Shown here: positions 51,439 to 61,650 of the stretch, piece by piece
Layout of the letters: each line of letters begins with the position of its first letter
How positions within the stretch are numbered: position 1 is the first letter of the stretch
Translations under genes and position numbers: made by a program
Assembly (NCBI GenBank): GCA_963811165.1
Contig: CAWEQH010000004.1
Location: forward strand, 256,001 to 320,000
Origin: an uncultured Nitrospiraceae bacterium
GTDB lineage: Bacteria > Nitrospirota > Thermodesulfovibrionia > Thermodesulfovibrionales > UBA6898
DNA length: 64,000 nucleotides
Direction of reading: 5' to 3'
Notes under the pieces: model-generated
Told to the model about the DNA's origin: nothing
Database searches by the model: none
Seen by the model: the letters and a program-made list of their open reading frames with translations, nothing else

Positions 51439-52926
51439 GTGAGGACATTTACCCGTAAGCGTTCATATCTCCTTCTTGCTGCAATAGTCATCTGTTCTCT
51501 TTCGGTCCACGCCATCGGCAATATCCTGTGGAAAGATTTGAGGCTTATCAGTGAGCCGCTTCATTCAACCGCCGAGGCCATAGGGGCGACAATCGCCATC
51601 TTCATGGCAATCGTTCTTTTGTGGGGAAAGAAGGAGGAATATGGCGGAAAGCTTTTTCCTATGGCCATGGGTTTTCTCGCAATGGGCCTTCTTGACGGTT
51701 TCCATGCTGCGTTATTATTTGATAGGGGGGCTGTTTTGCTCCGCAGCGTGTCGGGCCTCGCAGGCGGTTTCTGGTTTTCCCTGGTCTGGCTGCCCGGCCT
51801 CGCATCAAAAAAAAAGGCTGGTTGGAAAAGACTGGCCCCATGGCTTGTCGCAGGCAGTTCCGTGGCATTTGGCATATGGACCATATCCGTCAGAGGGACA
51901 TTGCCGGTTATGTTACAGGAAGGACGGTTTACCAATCCTGCTATCTCAATCAATCTCATCGCAGGGGTCTTATTTGCGGTCTCGGCCGTACGATTTGTCA
52001 TCGACTTTCACCGCTCGGAAAGCCCGGAACTTTTCCTCTTTGCATGTATGGCGATACTGTTCAGCATAGCCCAGTTTAGCTTCCCTTTTTCCGCTCCCTG
52101 GGCCACTACCTGGTGGTTGTGGCATGCGCTTCGCCTCATGGCATATGCGTTGGTGTTAGGATTCGCAGTATTCGAGCGCACGGAGGTGGAAGAGGCAGTC
52201 AGGAAACTGAATCAGGACCTGCAGGCCCATGCGGCGGAGCTCGAAGCTTCTTACAGGGACATGGAGAGTTTCAGTTATTCGGCGTCACACGATCTTCGCT
52301 CTCCACTTATAAAAATTCACACTCTCTCCCGTATTCTGCAGAAAGAGTATGCAGACATACTCGATAATAATGGTGGTCAGATGCTGAAGGTTATCCAGGA
52401 AAATGCAAAGAAGATGGAGCAGCTTATCAATGATCTTCTTGCCTTCTCCCGTGTCAGTACAAAAGAGATTCGGACATCTGAAATAAATATGGGGGCGTTA
52501 ACAAAAGAAGTATTCCAGGAATTGGAATCGGCGATAGGAAACCGGCGCGTGCAACTTGAGATGAAAGACCTTCCGCCTGCCTTTTGCGATCGGTCAATGA
52601 TGCGTCAGGTCTTTGCTAACCTTCTGTCGAACGCAATCAAATACACCAAACCGAGGGAGATTGCGATCATCGAGGTAGGCGGCATCAGAGAGGGAAATGA
52701 AACCATCTACTATGTAAAGGATAATGGGGTGGGATTTGATATGGAGAATGCAGACAGACTCTTTACTATTTTTCAGCGGTTACACACTCATGAGGGATTT
52801 GAGGGGACCGGTATCGGGCTCGTAATCGTTAAGAGGATTGTCGAGAAGCATGGGGGAAGAGTGTGGGCGGAAGGAATGCCGAAAGTGGGGGCCAAATTTT
52901 GTTTTGCCTTGCCGATAAAAGAATAA
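51439..52926 (+). CDS. MASE3-like membrane sensor histidine kinase
   Basis: PLHSTAE, GLLDGFHA, WLWHALR in a multi-TM region; FSYSASHDLRSPL, DNGVGF, GTGIGL. Confidence 0.88.
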   Translation: MRTFTRKRSYLLLAAIVICSLSVHAIGNILWKDLRLISEPLHSTAEAIGATIAIFMAIVLLWGKKEEYGGKLFPMAMGFLAMGLLDGFHAALLFDRGAVLLRSVSGLAGGFWFSLVWLPGLASKKKAGWKRLAPWLVAGSSVAFGIWTISVRGTLPVMLQEGRFTNPAISINLIAGVLFAVSAVRFVIDFHRSESPELFLFACMAILFSIAQFSFPFSAPWATTWWLWHALRLMAYALVLGFAVFERTEVEEAVRKLNQDLQAHAAELEASYRDMESFSYSASHDLRSPLIKIHTLSRILQKEYADILDNNGGQMLKVIQENAKKMEQLINDLLAFSRVSTKEIRTSEINMGALTKEVFQELESAIGNRRVQLEMKDLPPAFCDRSMMRQVFANLLSNAIKYTKPREIAIIEVGGIREGNETIYYVKDNGVGFDMENADRLFTIFQRLHTHEGFEGTGIGLVIVKRIVEKHGGRVWAEGMPKVGAKFCFALPIKE

Positions 52927-53002
52927 CTCGCATGAATTTCATAGTGCTTGCCGGCCGGGCCATTCACGTCCCGAACCCCTTCTGAACACGCAACACCAAG
53001 AT

Positions 53003-53671
53003 TTAGCTGACGGCGCACCAGATTGTGTGCTTGCTGCCGCGGGAACCTCTCGCCCGCACACAGACCTCGTCAACCTCGAAGCCGGCACGGCCCAGCCGTT
53101 TGGCAAAGGCAGTATCGGGACCGGCTGACCATACCGCCAGTACGCCTTTAGGCGTCAGTGCCGCATGCGCGGCATCCAGCCCGGCCTGGGAATAGAGCCA
53201 TTCGTTGCCTTCCCGCGACAGGCCTGCGGGACCATTGTCTACGTCGAGCAGTATGGCGTCGTAGGCCCGGCGCTCAGTCCTGAGAATACCGGCCACGTCG
53301 ACCTCCCGCACAGTGACCCGGGCGTCCTGAAGGGGCCGGCCGGCCAGCTCTGCGAGGGGGCCCCGGTTCCACGTAACTACTGCCGGCACCAGTTCGGCAA
53401 CCACCACCCGACTTCCCGCCCCAAGTCGCCGCAGCGCCGCCGCAGTGGTATATCCCATGCCCAGCCCGCCGATTAAAACGCGCGGACAGTGTTTATCGAC
53501 TATCTTTGCGCCGGCGAGGTCGGCCAGCGCATCCTCCGATCCATGGGCACGACTATTCATGAGTTCACAGCCGTTCACTCTGATCGAGAACTCCTTGCCC
53601 CGCCTGTATAAGCGAAGCTCTCCGGTGCTTCCGGGCACCTGCGCACAATCGAGTAACTCCCAGGGAATCAT
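53003..53671 (-). CDS. Spermidine synthase-like SAM-dependent methyltransferase
   Basis: ELMNSRAHGSE, VLIGGLGMGYT, YDAILLDVDNGP. Confidence 0.85.
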   Translation of the reverse strand: MIPWELLDCAQVPGSTGELRLYRRGKEFSIRVNGCELMNSRAHGSEDALADLAGAKIVDKHCPRVLIGGLGMGYTTAAALRRLGAGSRVVVAELVPAVVTWNRGPLAELAGRPLQDARVTVREVDVAGILRTERRAYDAILLDVDNGPAGLSREGNEWLYSQAGLDAAHAALTPKGVLAVWSAGPDTAFAKRLGRAGFEVDEVCVRARGSRGSKHTIWCAVS

Positions 53672-53907
53672 GAACACCTCAAAGAAAGAATAATCCAATC
53701 GTTGAAAAAAGATGCATTACTTATATACGTTAATTTTACTAAATATTCCTAACTCTTTGCATCTCCGGGTCTCATTCGGGTCACCGCTTTTTTGTCACAA
53801 GAAACAAAAATGCAGAAAAAGTGCCCGACGGCTTATAATGTCAGCATCGGGGGCTGATGCAGAGGAGTGCTCAGAACCTTCGGTCAGAACGAGAAGGGAA
53901 GAGGGCG

Positions 53908-54129
53908 ATGACCAATAACGATATATTGAAAAAACTTAGAATCGCGCTGGAACTTAAAGATACCGATATTATTGAGATCCTGAAACTTGCAGATTTTGAA
54001 ATTACCAAATCCGAACTCTCCGCGCTTTTCAGGACGCCGGACCACAGAAATTATAAGGAATGCGGCGATCAGATATTGAGAAACTTTCTAAACGGCCTTA
54101 TTATCCGAAACAGAGGAAAAAGACCTTAA
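53908..54129 (+). CDS. DUF1456 (YehS) family protein
   Basis: MTNNDILKKLRIAL...YKECGDQILRNFLNGLI..RG. Confidence 0.88.
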   Translation: MTNNDILKKLRIALELKDTDIIEILKLADFEITKSELSALFRTPDHRNYKECGDQILRNFLNGLIIRNRGKRP

Positions 54130-54222
54130 GTCCGCCCAAAATACTCTGAGAAGGTATGACTTTAGGGGTTTTCGAGAGATAATGTGATTACTGAGATAAC
54201 GAAAGTTTTAAAGGAGGATTAT

Positions 54223-54747
54223 ATGAACAGGGATTTTTTAAATGTAATTTACACTCGCAGAAGTGTTCGCAAATTCACGGGGGAAAAAGTGAAGAAGGAT
54301 GACCTCATGGTGATTCTCAGGGCCGGCATGTCCGCGCCTTCGGCGGTGAATATTCAGCCCTGGGCCTTTGTCGCGGTAACGGACAGGGCCACACTGGATG
54401 AACTCTGCAGGACGCTTCCGTACGCGAAGATGCTTGATAAGGCCGGGGCAGCGATCATCGTCTGCGGTGTTCCGGACAAAGACGACACATTTGCGAAAGA
54501 TTACTGGGTCATGGATTGCTCACTGGCATCCGGAAATATTCTTCTCGCCGCGCACGCCCTGGGGTACGGCGCGGTATGGACGGCCGCGTATGTGGACAGT
54601 GAAAGGGTCGGGAATGTAAGAAGGATTTTGTCTATTCCTGAAAATATAATCCCGCTAAATGTAATACCGATAGGCGTGCCTGCAGACAGAGACGGAAAAC
54701 CTCTGGATAAATTCAAACAGGAAAACATTCACTGGGAGAAGTGGTAA
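54223..54747 (+). CDS. Nitroreductase family protein
   Basis: RRSVRKF, APSAVNIQPW, NILLAAHALGYGAVW; AAGGAGG RBS. Confidence 0.93.
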   Translation: MNRDFLNVIYTRRSVRKFTGEKVKKDDLMVILRAGMSAPSAVNIQPWAFVAVTDRATLDELCRTLPYAKMLDKAGAAIIVCGVPDKDDTFAKDYWVMDCSLASGNILLAAHALGYGAVWTAAYVDSERVGNVRRILSIPENIIPLNVIPIGVPADRDGKPLDKFKQENIHWEKW

Positions 54748-54758
54748 TATATGACAAA

Positions 54759-54798
54759 GCAGGACCTGATTCATAGTAGGTCCTGCCCCTATTTTTTC
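54759..54798. terminator. Hairpin between convergent nitroreductase and DinB-family genes
   Basis: GCAGGACCT...AGGTCCTGC followed closely by a T-rich tract. Confidence 0.6.
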
Positions 54799-54802
54799 TC
54801 TT

Positions 54803-55315
54803 TCAGCCGGCTTTTGTCCCCCGAAGACCGAGGGCCTGCACTATCTCATTCAGGTGATCAATATGAAAGCCGATGTGGAAATTTCCGAGTCCGAATGCCC
54901 ACTGGGCCAGGGTCGGATACTCTCCGAGGGGCGAGTCCTTGAGCATGGGGATATGGGCCTTTCTTTCAAGCTGTTCTTTAGTGAGACCTTCGACAAAGGC
55001 CGCAATGCCCTCGTATTCCCGGTCAAATTCGGCAAGAAGTTCTGCAACGGTCATCCTGCTTCGCTTGCCTCCCCAGAAGGGGTTTTCAGCCTTCATGTCT
55101 ATTTCGGGTGTCTCCAGATCGATGAATGCCTTAAGCGTGGGGAGATGCCCTATCCCCTCCGGACCGCAGAGGTGTGAGATGACCTGTTTGGGCGACCACC
55201 GGCCCTCCGGCGCCCGGGACGACCCCTCTTCATCTACTCCCTGGCAAGACTTCTTGAATTCGGCCGCCTTCCCGCGTATCCCTTGCGCGATTTCTTTTCC
55301 ATTTTGGTCAGCCAT
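54803..55315 (-). CDS. DinB/YfiT family protein
   Basis: PEGRWSPKQVISHL and H...H motif near the C-terminus. Confidence 0.85.
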   Translation of the reverse strand: MADQNGKEIAQGIRGKAAEFKKSCQGVDEEGSSRAPEGRWSPKQVISHLCGPEGIGHLPTLKAFIDLETPEIDMKAENPFWGGKRSRMTVAELLAEFDREYEGIAAFVEGLTKEQLERKAHIPMLKDSPLGEYPTLAQWAFGLGNFHIGFHIDHLNEIVQALGLRGTKAG

Positions 55316-55532
55316 ATTATTTTTGCCTCCTTTTATGTATCATGGGCCGTTTCACGCTCCGGCATGAACAGGGCCGGCTACGCACCTGTTCATGCCGCGT
55401 ACTCCCCTAAAGGAGATAGTAGCAGGAAAATCTGCCTTTGCCTATCCAAAGACTGATGCAGGGGCGAACGGTCGGTGCGTCGCGGAGGCGGCGGTTTGCC
55501 CCGGCAGAATACCGAGGGTTTTCTAAAGGGGT

Positions 55533-55763
55533 TTACTCCCGGTTCTCCCTTTTGTATCTCAGATACAAAGCTTCAACTTTATTCCTGGCCCAAGGGGTCT
55601 TTCTGAGAAATTGCAGGCTGGATTTGATGCTCGGGTCGTTAGTAAAACACCTGATACGGATGATTCTTCCCATTTCCTCCCAGCCATAATGTTCCACCAG
55701 CCGGGTCAGAATCATTTCCAATGTAACGCCGTGAAGAGGATCGTTGGATTTTCGCTCAGTCAT
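55533..55763 (-). CDS. VF530 (DUF2132) family protein
   Basis: [39 protein letters not shown]. Confidence 0.92.
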   Translation of the reverse strand: MTERKSNDPLHGVTLEMILTRLVEHYGWEEMGRIIRIRCFTNDPSIKSSLQFLRKTPWARNKVEALYLRYKRENRE

Positions 55764-55775
55764 GTCTCAGTCCGA

Positions 55776-56609
55776 TTAATGGCGTATGTTCTCTTTCCGT
55801 GACGGTTCTGAAAGTATACACGTATCCAGACCTAAAACCTCGATTTTTTTGCTGCGCGTTAATTTTTTTAAATGATACTCGAGACTTCTCGCTTCTCCGG
55901 CATTTTTGCAGTGTATAGTCTTAATCAATGAAAAGGGCCTCCATGATCTTACAAATTTGCTGCCCCTTCCGTGCTCATGTTCCTTAAGCCGTCTCTCAAG
56001 ATTATTTGTCATACCGATATAAAAATAATTATTGCTGCATGTAAGCACGTAGACGCACCAGCCTTCATTATGCCCTTTCTTTGGCGGGTCTTTTGCTGCG
56101 CCTGCATACTCATCTGTCCAGAGTCTTAACGCCTTTCTCACTTTCTTATCTACAAATGAAAAAATACGGTGGGCGTTGTCGTTGAGGCCTGTTCGGGAAT
56201 GCCCTTTCACCTTGATGACCTCAAAACCTAATTCGTCGTGGAATTCGTAAAATGCGCGATAAAGCGCGGCGTTCCTTAAGGGCAGATTCGACCTTTTAGA
56301 AAGGAAGTCGCGGGCAAGCAGGCCGGCTCTTCTTTTGAGGAGACCTGAGACGCATTGGGAATCCGAATATAGGTATAGTTTCCCGGGTCCGGAAATCTTT
56401 GGGCTCTTTCGATACTCTTGCAGGGCCCATAAGACTGTTTGGAGTTCCAGTTTTGTCGAAGAAGTATCTTCAAATCTTCGCACCTTTACCATGCCGGCTA
56501 ATTCGGACTTTTCAATAAGTAATGAAGCGGGAAGAACGACATAGGCGCCTACGCCGAACTTATTCCCGGGAGCCAGACTCACATCGCTAAAAAGTGCTAT
56601 ATCGTTCAT
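55776..56609 (-). CDS. RNase H-like domain fused to a GIY-YIG nuclease
   Basis: LFSD, TKLE, YSDSQ, VKGH, FVD; then VYVLTCSNNYFYIGMTNNLERRLKEH...ARSLE..LKK. Confidence 0.85.
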   Translation of the reverse strand: MNDIALFSDVSLAPGNKFGVGAYVVLPASLLIEKSELAGMVKVRRFEDTSSTKLELQTVLWALQEYRKSPKISGPGKLYLYSDSQCVSGLLKRRAGLLARDFLSKRSNLPLRNAALYRAFYEFHDELGFEVIKVKGHSRTGLNDNAHRIFSFVDKKVRKALRLWTDEYAGAAKDPPKKGHNEGWCVYVLTCSNNYFYIGMTNNLERRLKEHEHGRGSKFVRSWRPFSLIKTIHCKNAGEARSLEYHLKKLTRSKKIEVLGLDTCILSEPSRKENIRH

Positions 56610-56795
56610 AACCGATCGTTAGGGCTTGAGACCAAAAGCAAAAAGTGCCATTAACTATTTTACACGAAGTGATAGCGTCCCAAGAGTTCCCGGAATAACC
56701 CTTGGTGGGAATGCCGTGACGCGAAGCCGGCTATCAGTTTCGTTTCTGCCGCAACGTATGATATTCTTTAACTATGGGAAAATGGGATAGGTAGT

Positions 56796-57329
56796 ATGAC
56801 CGGAAAAAGACGTCATAAGAGAATTATTAAGCGTCTTAATACCGAGTTTTCCTCGGAGGGTTCAAGCTTCCGCGGCACCTCCAGCAACCTCTCCGAAAGC
56901 GGCTTTTTTCTAAGAACAATAAAACCGCTGTCCCCCGGCACTCAGGTAGATGTGAGGATTCAACTGCCTGATAATGTGGTCTCAAGACTTAAGGGCACTG
57001 TCCGCTGGAGCTTAAAGTCCGCGATGAGGAACGGGAGGTCGGGTATGGGGATCGAGATCAGCGAAAATGACCGCCACTATGTCGATTTCCTTAACCCCTT
57101 TTTACCCCCCGGGGAGCAGATACGTTATGAAAAAAAGAGGAAGGCTGCGCAAGCGCCTCCTGCTGCAAAGACCGAGCATGCCGCCCAGCGAGGGAGCGGA
57201 CCCGTTCCGCATCCGAAAAGCCCGCCCGCAGCCGTCCGGAAGAGCGCCCACGAAACAGAGGACAACGAGATCGATTCATTGATATCCTCGCTATTTTCCA
57301 AGCGTGAGAAAAAAAAGGGTGAGCAGTAG
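56796..57329 (+). CDS. PilZ domain protein with low-complexity tail
   Basis: KRRHKR, NLSESG, GMGIE. Confidence 0.85.
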   Translation: MTGKRRHKRIIKRLNTEFSSEGSSFRGTSSNLSESGFFLRTIKPLSPGTQVDVRIQLPDNVVSRLKGTVRWSLKSAMRNGRSGMGIEISENDRHYVDFLNPFLPPGEQIRYEKKRKAAQAPPAAKTEHAAQRGSGPVPHPKSPPAAVRKSAHETEDNEIDSLISSLFSKREKKKGEQ

Positions 57330-57419
57330 GGACCCGTTGCACCATGCCCCTGCATCCTAAACGGCTGGTTATTCCGTCGGGAAATAAATAATGGTGAAAA
57401 AAAACAGAGGGAAGGGAAA

Positions 57420-57635
57420 ATGATCATATTAATAGGTGTGTTGGTCATCGTAGCCGTGGTGGCGGTTTTTTCGGTACAGAATGCAGTACCGGTTGTAATT
57501 TCATTTCTCTTCTGGAAATTTGAGGCTTCCCTGGCAATCGTTCTGTTCCTCTCTGTCGTGGCAGGCGTGGTTGTAGGTGTCAGTGCGGTATCCCTATTTA
57601 AACTGAGGTCGGCAGGGAAAACAAAAATCAAGTGA
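57420..57635 (+). CDS. LapA (DUF1049) family membrane protein
   Basis: FSVQNAVPVVISFLFWKFEASLA between two TMs. Confidence 0.85.
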   Translation: MIILIGVLVIVAVVAVFSVQNAVPVVISFLFWKFEASLAIVLFLSVVAGVVVGVSAVSLFKLRSAGKTKIK

Positions 57636-57664
57636 CCGGCACTGCTCTTCGCGCACAAAAACAT

Positions 57665-58798
57665 ATGAAGACAGCCTTTATTTACTCAGACGACTTCGCG
57701 AAGTACGACTACGGGGTGGGGCATCCGCTAAAGCCCTTCAGGCTGAAGCTCACCTATGAGCTGGCAAAGGCCTACGGACTTCTCTCTCTTTCAGATACCA
57801 TCTTGGTCGAGGCAAGACCTGCGGAGGAGGAAGACCTGCTTCTTTATCACACAAGGGATTACATCGAGTTCCTGAAGGCCGCAAACGGAGGGATCGAGAT
57901 ACCCGAAGAGGAACGGTATGGCCTCGGCAGAGGTGATAACCCCATATTCGAAGGGGTCTTCGGATGGTCGAGGCTTGTGACCGGCGCATCTCTTCAGGCT
58001 GCGGAGCTCATTGAAAGCGGCGAGGTCCGGATCGCTTTCAACATCTCCGGCGGCCTCCACCATGCACTCGCATCGCGCGCTTCCGGGTTCTGTTATATAA
58101 ACGACCCGGTAATCGTCATCTCCTCTCTTTTGAAAAAGGGAAGAAGGGTAGCCTATATCGACATCGACGCCCATCACGGCGACGGCGTGCAGGAGGCGTT
58201 TTACCATACCGATAAGGTATTGACGATTTCGCTCCACGAATCAGGCAACTACCTCTTCCCCGGCACAGGCTTCGAAGGCGAGACAGGCGAAGGAGAAGGG
58301 AGAGGCTATTCAGTAAACATCCCAATGCCTCCTTCCTCTGACGACGAGCTCTTTGTTTACGCCTTCAACGAGGTCGTTCCGCCGCTCATCGAGAGGTTCA
58401 GGCCGGACATCGTCGTAGGGCAGCTCGGCGTAGACTCATTCCTCACAGACCCGCTCGCCCACCTGAACTATACGACGAACGGTTTTTGCGAGGTCGTGAA
58501 AAAGATGAAAGAGCTCTCGCCCAAATGGATAGCCCTGGGAGGAGGAGGATACGAGATAACCAACGTGGCCAGGGCGTGGACCCTCGCCTGGGCGATCATG
58601 AATGACGTCGAACTGCCGGATGTGCTGCCCGAGGCGTTCCTCGACCAATATCCCCTTGAGGGGTTCAGGAGCCGGAAGCTCAGAGACGAGGAGTACCATG
58701 AGGAAGGTGCGAAAAAAGAGATGATGAGGGACGAGGTCCGGAGGGTCGCGGCCAGGATCAGGGAAAAAGTGTTCCCGCTGATAAACCATCCAACATAG
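57665..58798 (+). CDS. acuC: AcuC / histone deacetylase family protein
   Basis: HPLKPFR, GGLHHA...ASGFCYIND, DIDAHHGDGVQ, FPGTG, DPLAHL, GGGGY. Confidence 0.9.
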   Translation: MKTAFIYSDDFAKYDYGVGHPLKPFRLKLTYELAKAYGLLSLSDTILVEARPAEEEDLLLYHTRDYIEFLKAANGGIEIPEEERYGLGRGDNPIFEGVFGWSRLVTGASLQAAELIESGEVRIAFNISGGLHHALASRASGFCYINDPVIVISSLLKKGRRVAYIDIDAHHGDGVQEAFYHTDKVLTISLHESGNYLFPGTGFEGETGEGEGRGYSVNIPMPPSSDDELFVYAFNEVVPPLIERFRPDIVVGQLGVDSFLTDPLAHLNYTTNGFCEVVKKMKELSPKWIALGGGGYEITNVARAWTLAWAIMNDVELPDVLPEAFLDQYPLEGFRSRKLRDEEYHEEGAKKEMMRDEVRRVAARIREKVFPLINHPT

Positions 58799-58935
58799 AG
58801 AGAATTGAAGCCTTCCGGGATGGGCTCAGCCCATCCTCTATTTTTCCCCTGCTCTTTTCCCGCACCACTTCGCACCCATCTCTTGATAATCCCACGAAGA
58901 AGGATAAAAGCCACGGCATAATGTAAACAAGTCGG

Positions 58936-59361
58936 CTATTTCTTGATTATCGTTGTTGCCTCAGCCCCTTTCGGCACCAACATGCTTACCGCCACCCTCG
59001 CGGTTGTGCTGCCGGCATTGACAGCCGAATGTATATCTCCGGGATTTTCCGTCCAATTCCCGCCTGTTTTTATTATCCTCTCTGTGCCTTTCTCCCTAAG
59101 GGTAATCTCACCGCTGAGTACCGTCACGAGCGCGTGTCCGCCATGGAAATGTTCGGGAAAGCCCGCGCCAGGCGGAAAATCGAATATAATGTTGACCAAA
59201 TCATATCCTCCGGCCTGTACCTCGACCGGGAGCGCTGCCTTATAAACGACTGAAGGGGCAGGCATTGCAGTTTGATCTGTTTTCTCCCCGGCTATTGCTG
59301 TAGAGACTAAGAGAAACATTACAAGACACACTAATGAAAATAGCTTCACGGATTTCATCAC
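58936..59361 (-). CDS. Exported cupin domain protein
   Basis: Signal peptide; FPPGAGFPEHFHGG, E.PGDIHSAVN. Confidence 0.85.
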   Translation of the reverse strand: MMKSVKLFSLVCLVMFLLVSTAIAGEKTDQTAMPAPSVVYKAALPVEVQAGGYDLVNIIFDFPPGAGFPEHFHGGHALVTVLSGEITLREKGTERIIKTGGNWTENPGDIHSAVNAGSTTARVAVSMLVPKGAEATTIIKK

Positions 59362-59410
59362 ATTCCTCCTTGTTTACCCTGCTAGAAAGTCGAAGGTCTT
59401 CTCACGGGGT

Positions 59411-59932
59411 TTATTTGCCGATCTTCTCCGTCATTATAAAGTCGTTGGTCTTATTGCCTCCGTGACAACTGATACAGGCCGCCACCTTTCCCGACGCCAG
59501 CACTTTTCCGTACGGCTCGTACTTCGCCCAGAACCAGTCACCGGCGGAAGGATTATAGCCATTGATCTTGTACATGACCGTGAGGGCCGCCATTTTTTTC
59601 CGGGGCGTGTAATTCTCCTTCACGATAATTGAACTGTCGGGCATCCTTCCTTTTTTGTCCCGTACAGAAAAATATGCATCGTTGTTTACGTAGGTAGTCA
59701 GGAATGAACCGTGAGGCTCTCTGCCTTTGTAGAGACTGCCCTTTCCCGGCCAGAGTTCCCACTTGTCGTAGGGATTGTCTTTTGTGATGTAAGCATACAA
59801 CGTTGCGGCATCCGCTGCAGGCAGGGGCACTGTCGTCTCCGCCGGCTTTTCCTCATGGATGGCATAGGCAACAGCGGTAACGCCGATGAGCAAGACCACG
59901 GCCCAGAAAACTGCGCATAACTTCTTTTTCAT
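59411..59932 (-). CDS. Cytochrome P460 family monoheme protein
   Basis: Signal peptide; IIVKENY, VMYK, GDWFWAKY, C-terminal CISCH; GGAGG RBS. Confidence 0.85.
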   Translation of the reverse strand: MKKKLCAVFWAVVLLIGVTAVAYAIHEEKPAETTVPLPAADAATLYAYITKDNPYDKWELWPGKGSLYKGREPHGSFLTTYVNNDAYFSVRDKKGRMPDSSIIVKENYTPRKKMAALTVMYKINGYNPSAGDWFWAKYEPYGKVLASGKVAACISCHGGNKTNDFIMTEKIGK

Positions 59933-60098
59933 TGTCCGACCTCCCTTATTGATGGGTTGGAATTGAGCGCTGATAATCATAACTTATCACGCGGAAAAAT
60001 ATTGTCAACTCCATTACGGCTGCTGCTTTGAGTTTCAGTGCCTTCTTCCCCCTGCGGTGTCTTGTTTCTCCGTTTCCCGCACAAAAAGACAGTTTTTT

Positions 60099-61514
60099 CT
60101 ACCGGGTCATCCAGGAACGCGACCGCAGGGTGAAAAGTGCATAAGGAAATATCCAGAAAAGGGTAAAGGCCGAAAAATACGAGTAGAGAATGCTGTAGAC
60201 AAAATTCCAGGACCGTTCGGAGCGCAAGTAATAGAGCGCATTGAGGGACGACATTACTCCGATGGCGAACATAAAGCGGATGATCGTCATCGGCTCATGA
60301 ATGCACTTGTATGAAAGCAATCCCAGTGCCGCGTAACTCATCGGAATGCGGAAGTTCCGCACGCATAAATCCACAAGCGTGATAGTGCGGGACAGCAGCG
60401 GCCGTTTCCAGAGGATCCCGAACAACCGCAGTTCCTCTTTTATGTAACTTCTTTCCCACCGTAAGTACATCCGGGTCAATTTCCCGTAGGTGTGGGGCGC
60501 TACCGTATGCACGACGGCCGTCCGTTGATATACGGTGTCGTATCCCCGGGAAAGCATAAAGTTTGTCATGGAGCGGTCCTCTCCGTAGGTGCAGGGCTCG
60601 CCGAGAAAGGTCTGCTTCATCCACTGATCGAGCACCTCTCTGACGGCGGATATGCGGTATGCAGACAGCGCCCCCGGACAGCAGTACACAGCTCCATAGG
60701 TAGACTGGGCGGCGCGCAGGAAGTCGAAAGAAAGGACGTACCGGACATGGAGCATCCGCGGAAGGATTCCTTTGTCTTTGTTGTAGACGGCCACTTTCCC
60801 GGCTACGACCCCGACTCTGGGATTGCGAAAAGGGCCGGCAAGCGCAAGGAGCGCATTGTTTTCGATGACGCTGTCGGAATCGATCGTGATCGCTATTTCT
60901 CCTGAGGCACGCAAGAAACCTTCTTCTAAAGCGGCACGTTTGCCGCGGTTCTGCGGGAAACGCAGTGGTTTTACAAGGCCTGGATGGCGCAAAACCGCCC
61001 TCATAATATACTTCCAGGTGTCGTCTTTACTTCCGTCATCGATGACGATAATTTCGAGCTTTTCACGGGGATACCTCGCCGCGACCACCGAATCGATCGA
61101 TTTTTCGACCATGGGCCCTTCGTTATAGGCAGGGATAATTACGGTCACGGAGGGAGCATCCGCGAACCCCGCAGGAGCAAACGGCCTGTACCAGACCCAA
61201 AGAAGCGTCCGGAAAAGCAGGAGCAGGGAACCCATCAGTCCCCAAATGATACTCGGACGGATAATGAACCGGGCCCACTGGGAGGTTCCGGCGTAATTAA
61301 GCAGGGGCTGGAATGCACGGTGAAAAACACCCGCGTAGACTATCAGGGAGAGCGCTGCAATGATCAGGACCGGGATTAACCAGTCCCACAACGGTTGAAG
61401 CGGTTCCGACATCGTGTATCGAGCGGTGTCGAGAAGATGTTCTGCCTTTTGATCGGACACAAGAGACATTTCAGTTGCCCTTTCATGACTTCGGTTCTCA
61501 CGCATCCATTCCAT
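60099..61514 (-). CDS. Membrane GT2 glycosyltransferase, hyaluronan synthase/NodC-like
   Basis: IPAYNE, DDGSKD, IDSDS, CCPGALSAYR, GEDRSMTN, LRWERS; start uncertain. Confidence 0.88.
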   Translation of the reverse strand: MEWMRENRSHERATEMSLVSDQKAEHLLDTARYTMSEPLQPLWDWLIPVLIIAALSLIVYAGVFHRAFQPLLNYAGTSQWARFIIRPSIIWGLMGSLLLLFRTLLWVWYRPFAPAGFADAPSVTVIIPAYNEGPMVEKSIDSVVAARYPREKLEIIVIDDGSKDDTWKYIMRAVLRHPGLVKPLRFPQNRGKRAALEEGFLRASGEIAITIDSDSVIENNALLALAGPFRNPRVGVVAGKVAVYNKDKGILPRMLHVRYVLSFDFLRAAQSTYGAVYCCPGALSAYRISAVREVLDQWMKQTFLGEPCTYGEDRSMTNFMLSRGYDTVYQRTAVVHTVAPHTYGKLTRMYLRWERSYIKEELRLFGILWKRPLLSRTITLVDLCVRNFRIPMSYAALGLLSYKCIHEPMTIIRFMFAIGVMSSLNALYYLRSERSWNFVYSILYSYFSAFTLFWIFPYALFTLRSRSWMTR

Positions 61515-61650
61515 GAATGGAACTCGGCTGTTATTTAAACCTTAAAATTAACATTCCCAAAAGAGTATGTCAAATTAAAGAATTTTCACGCAGGGGTAGA
61601 TGAGTAACCAATGTGTCGTTCCACGGCCCGATGTGGGGGCATCGGCTTTT

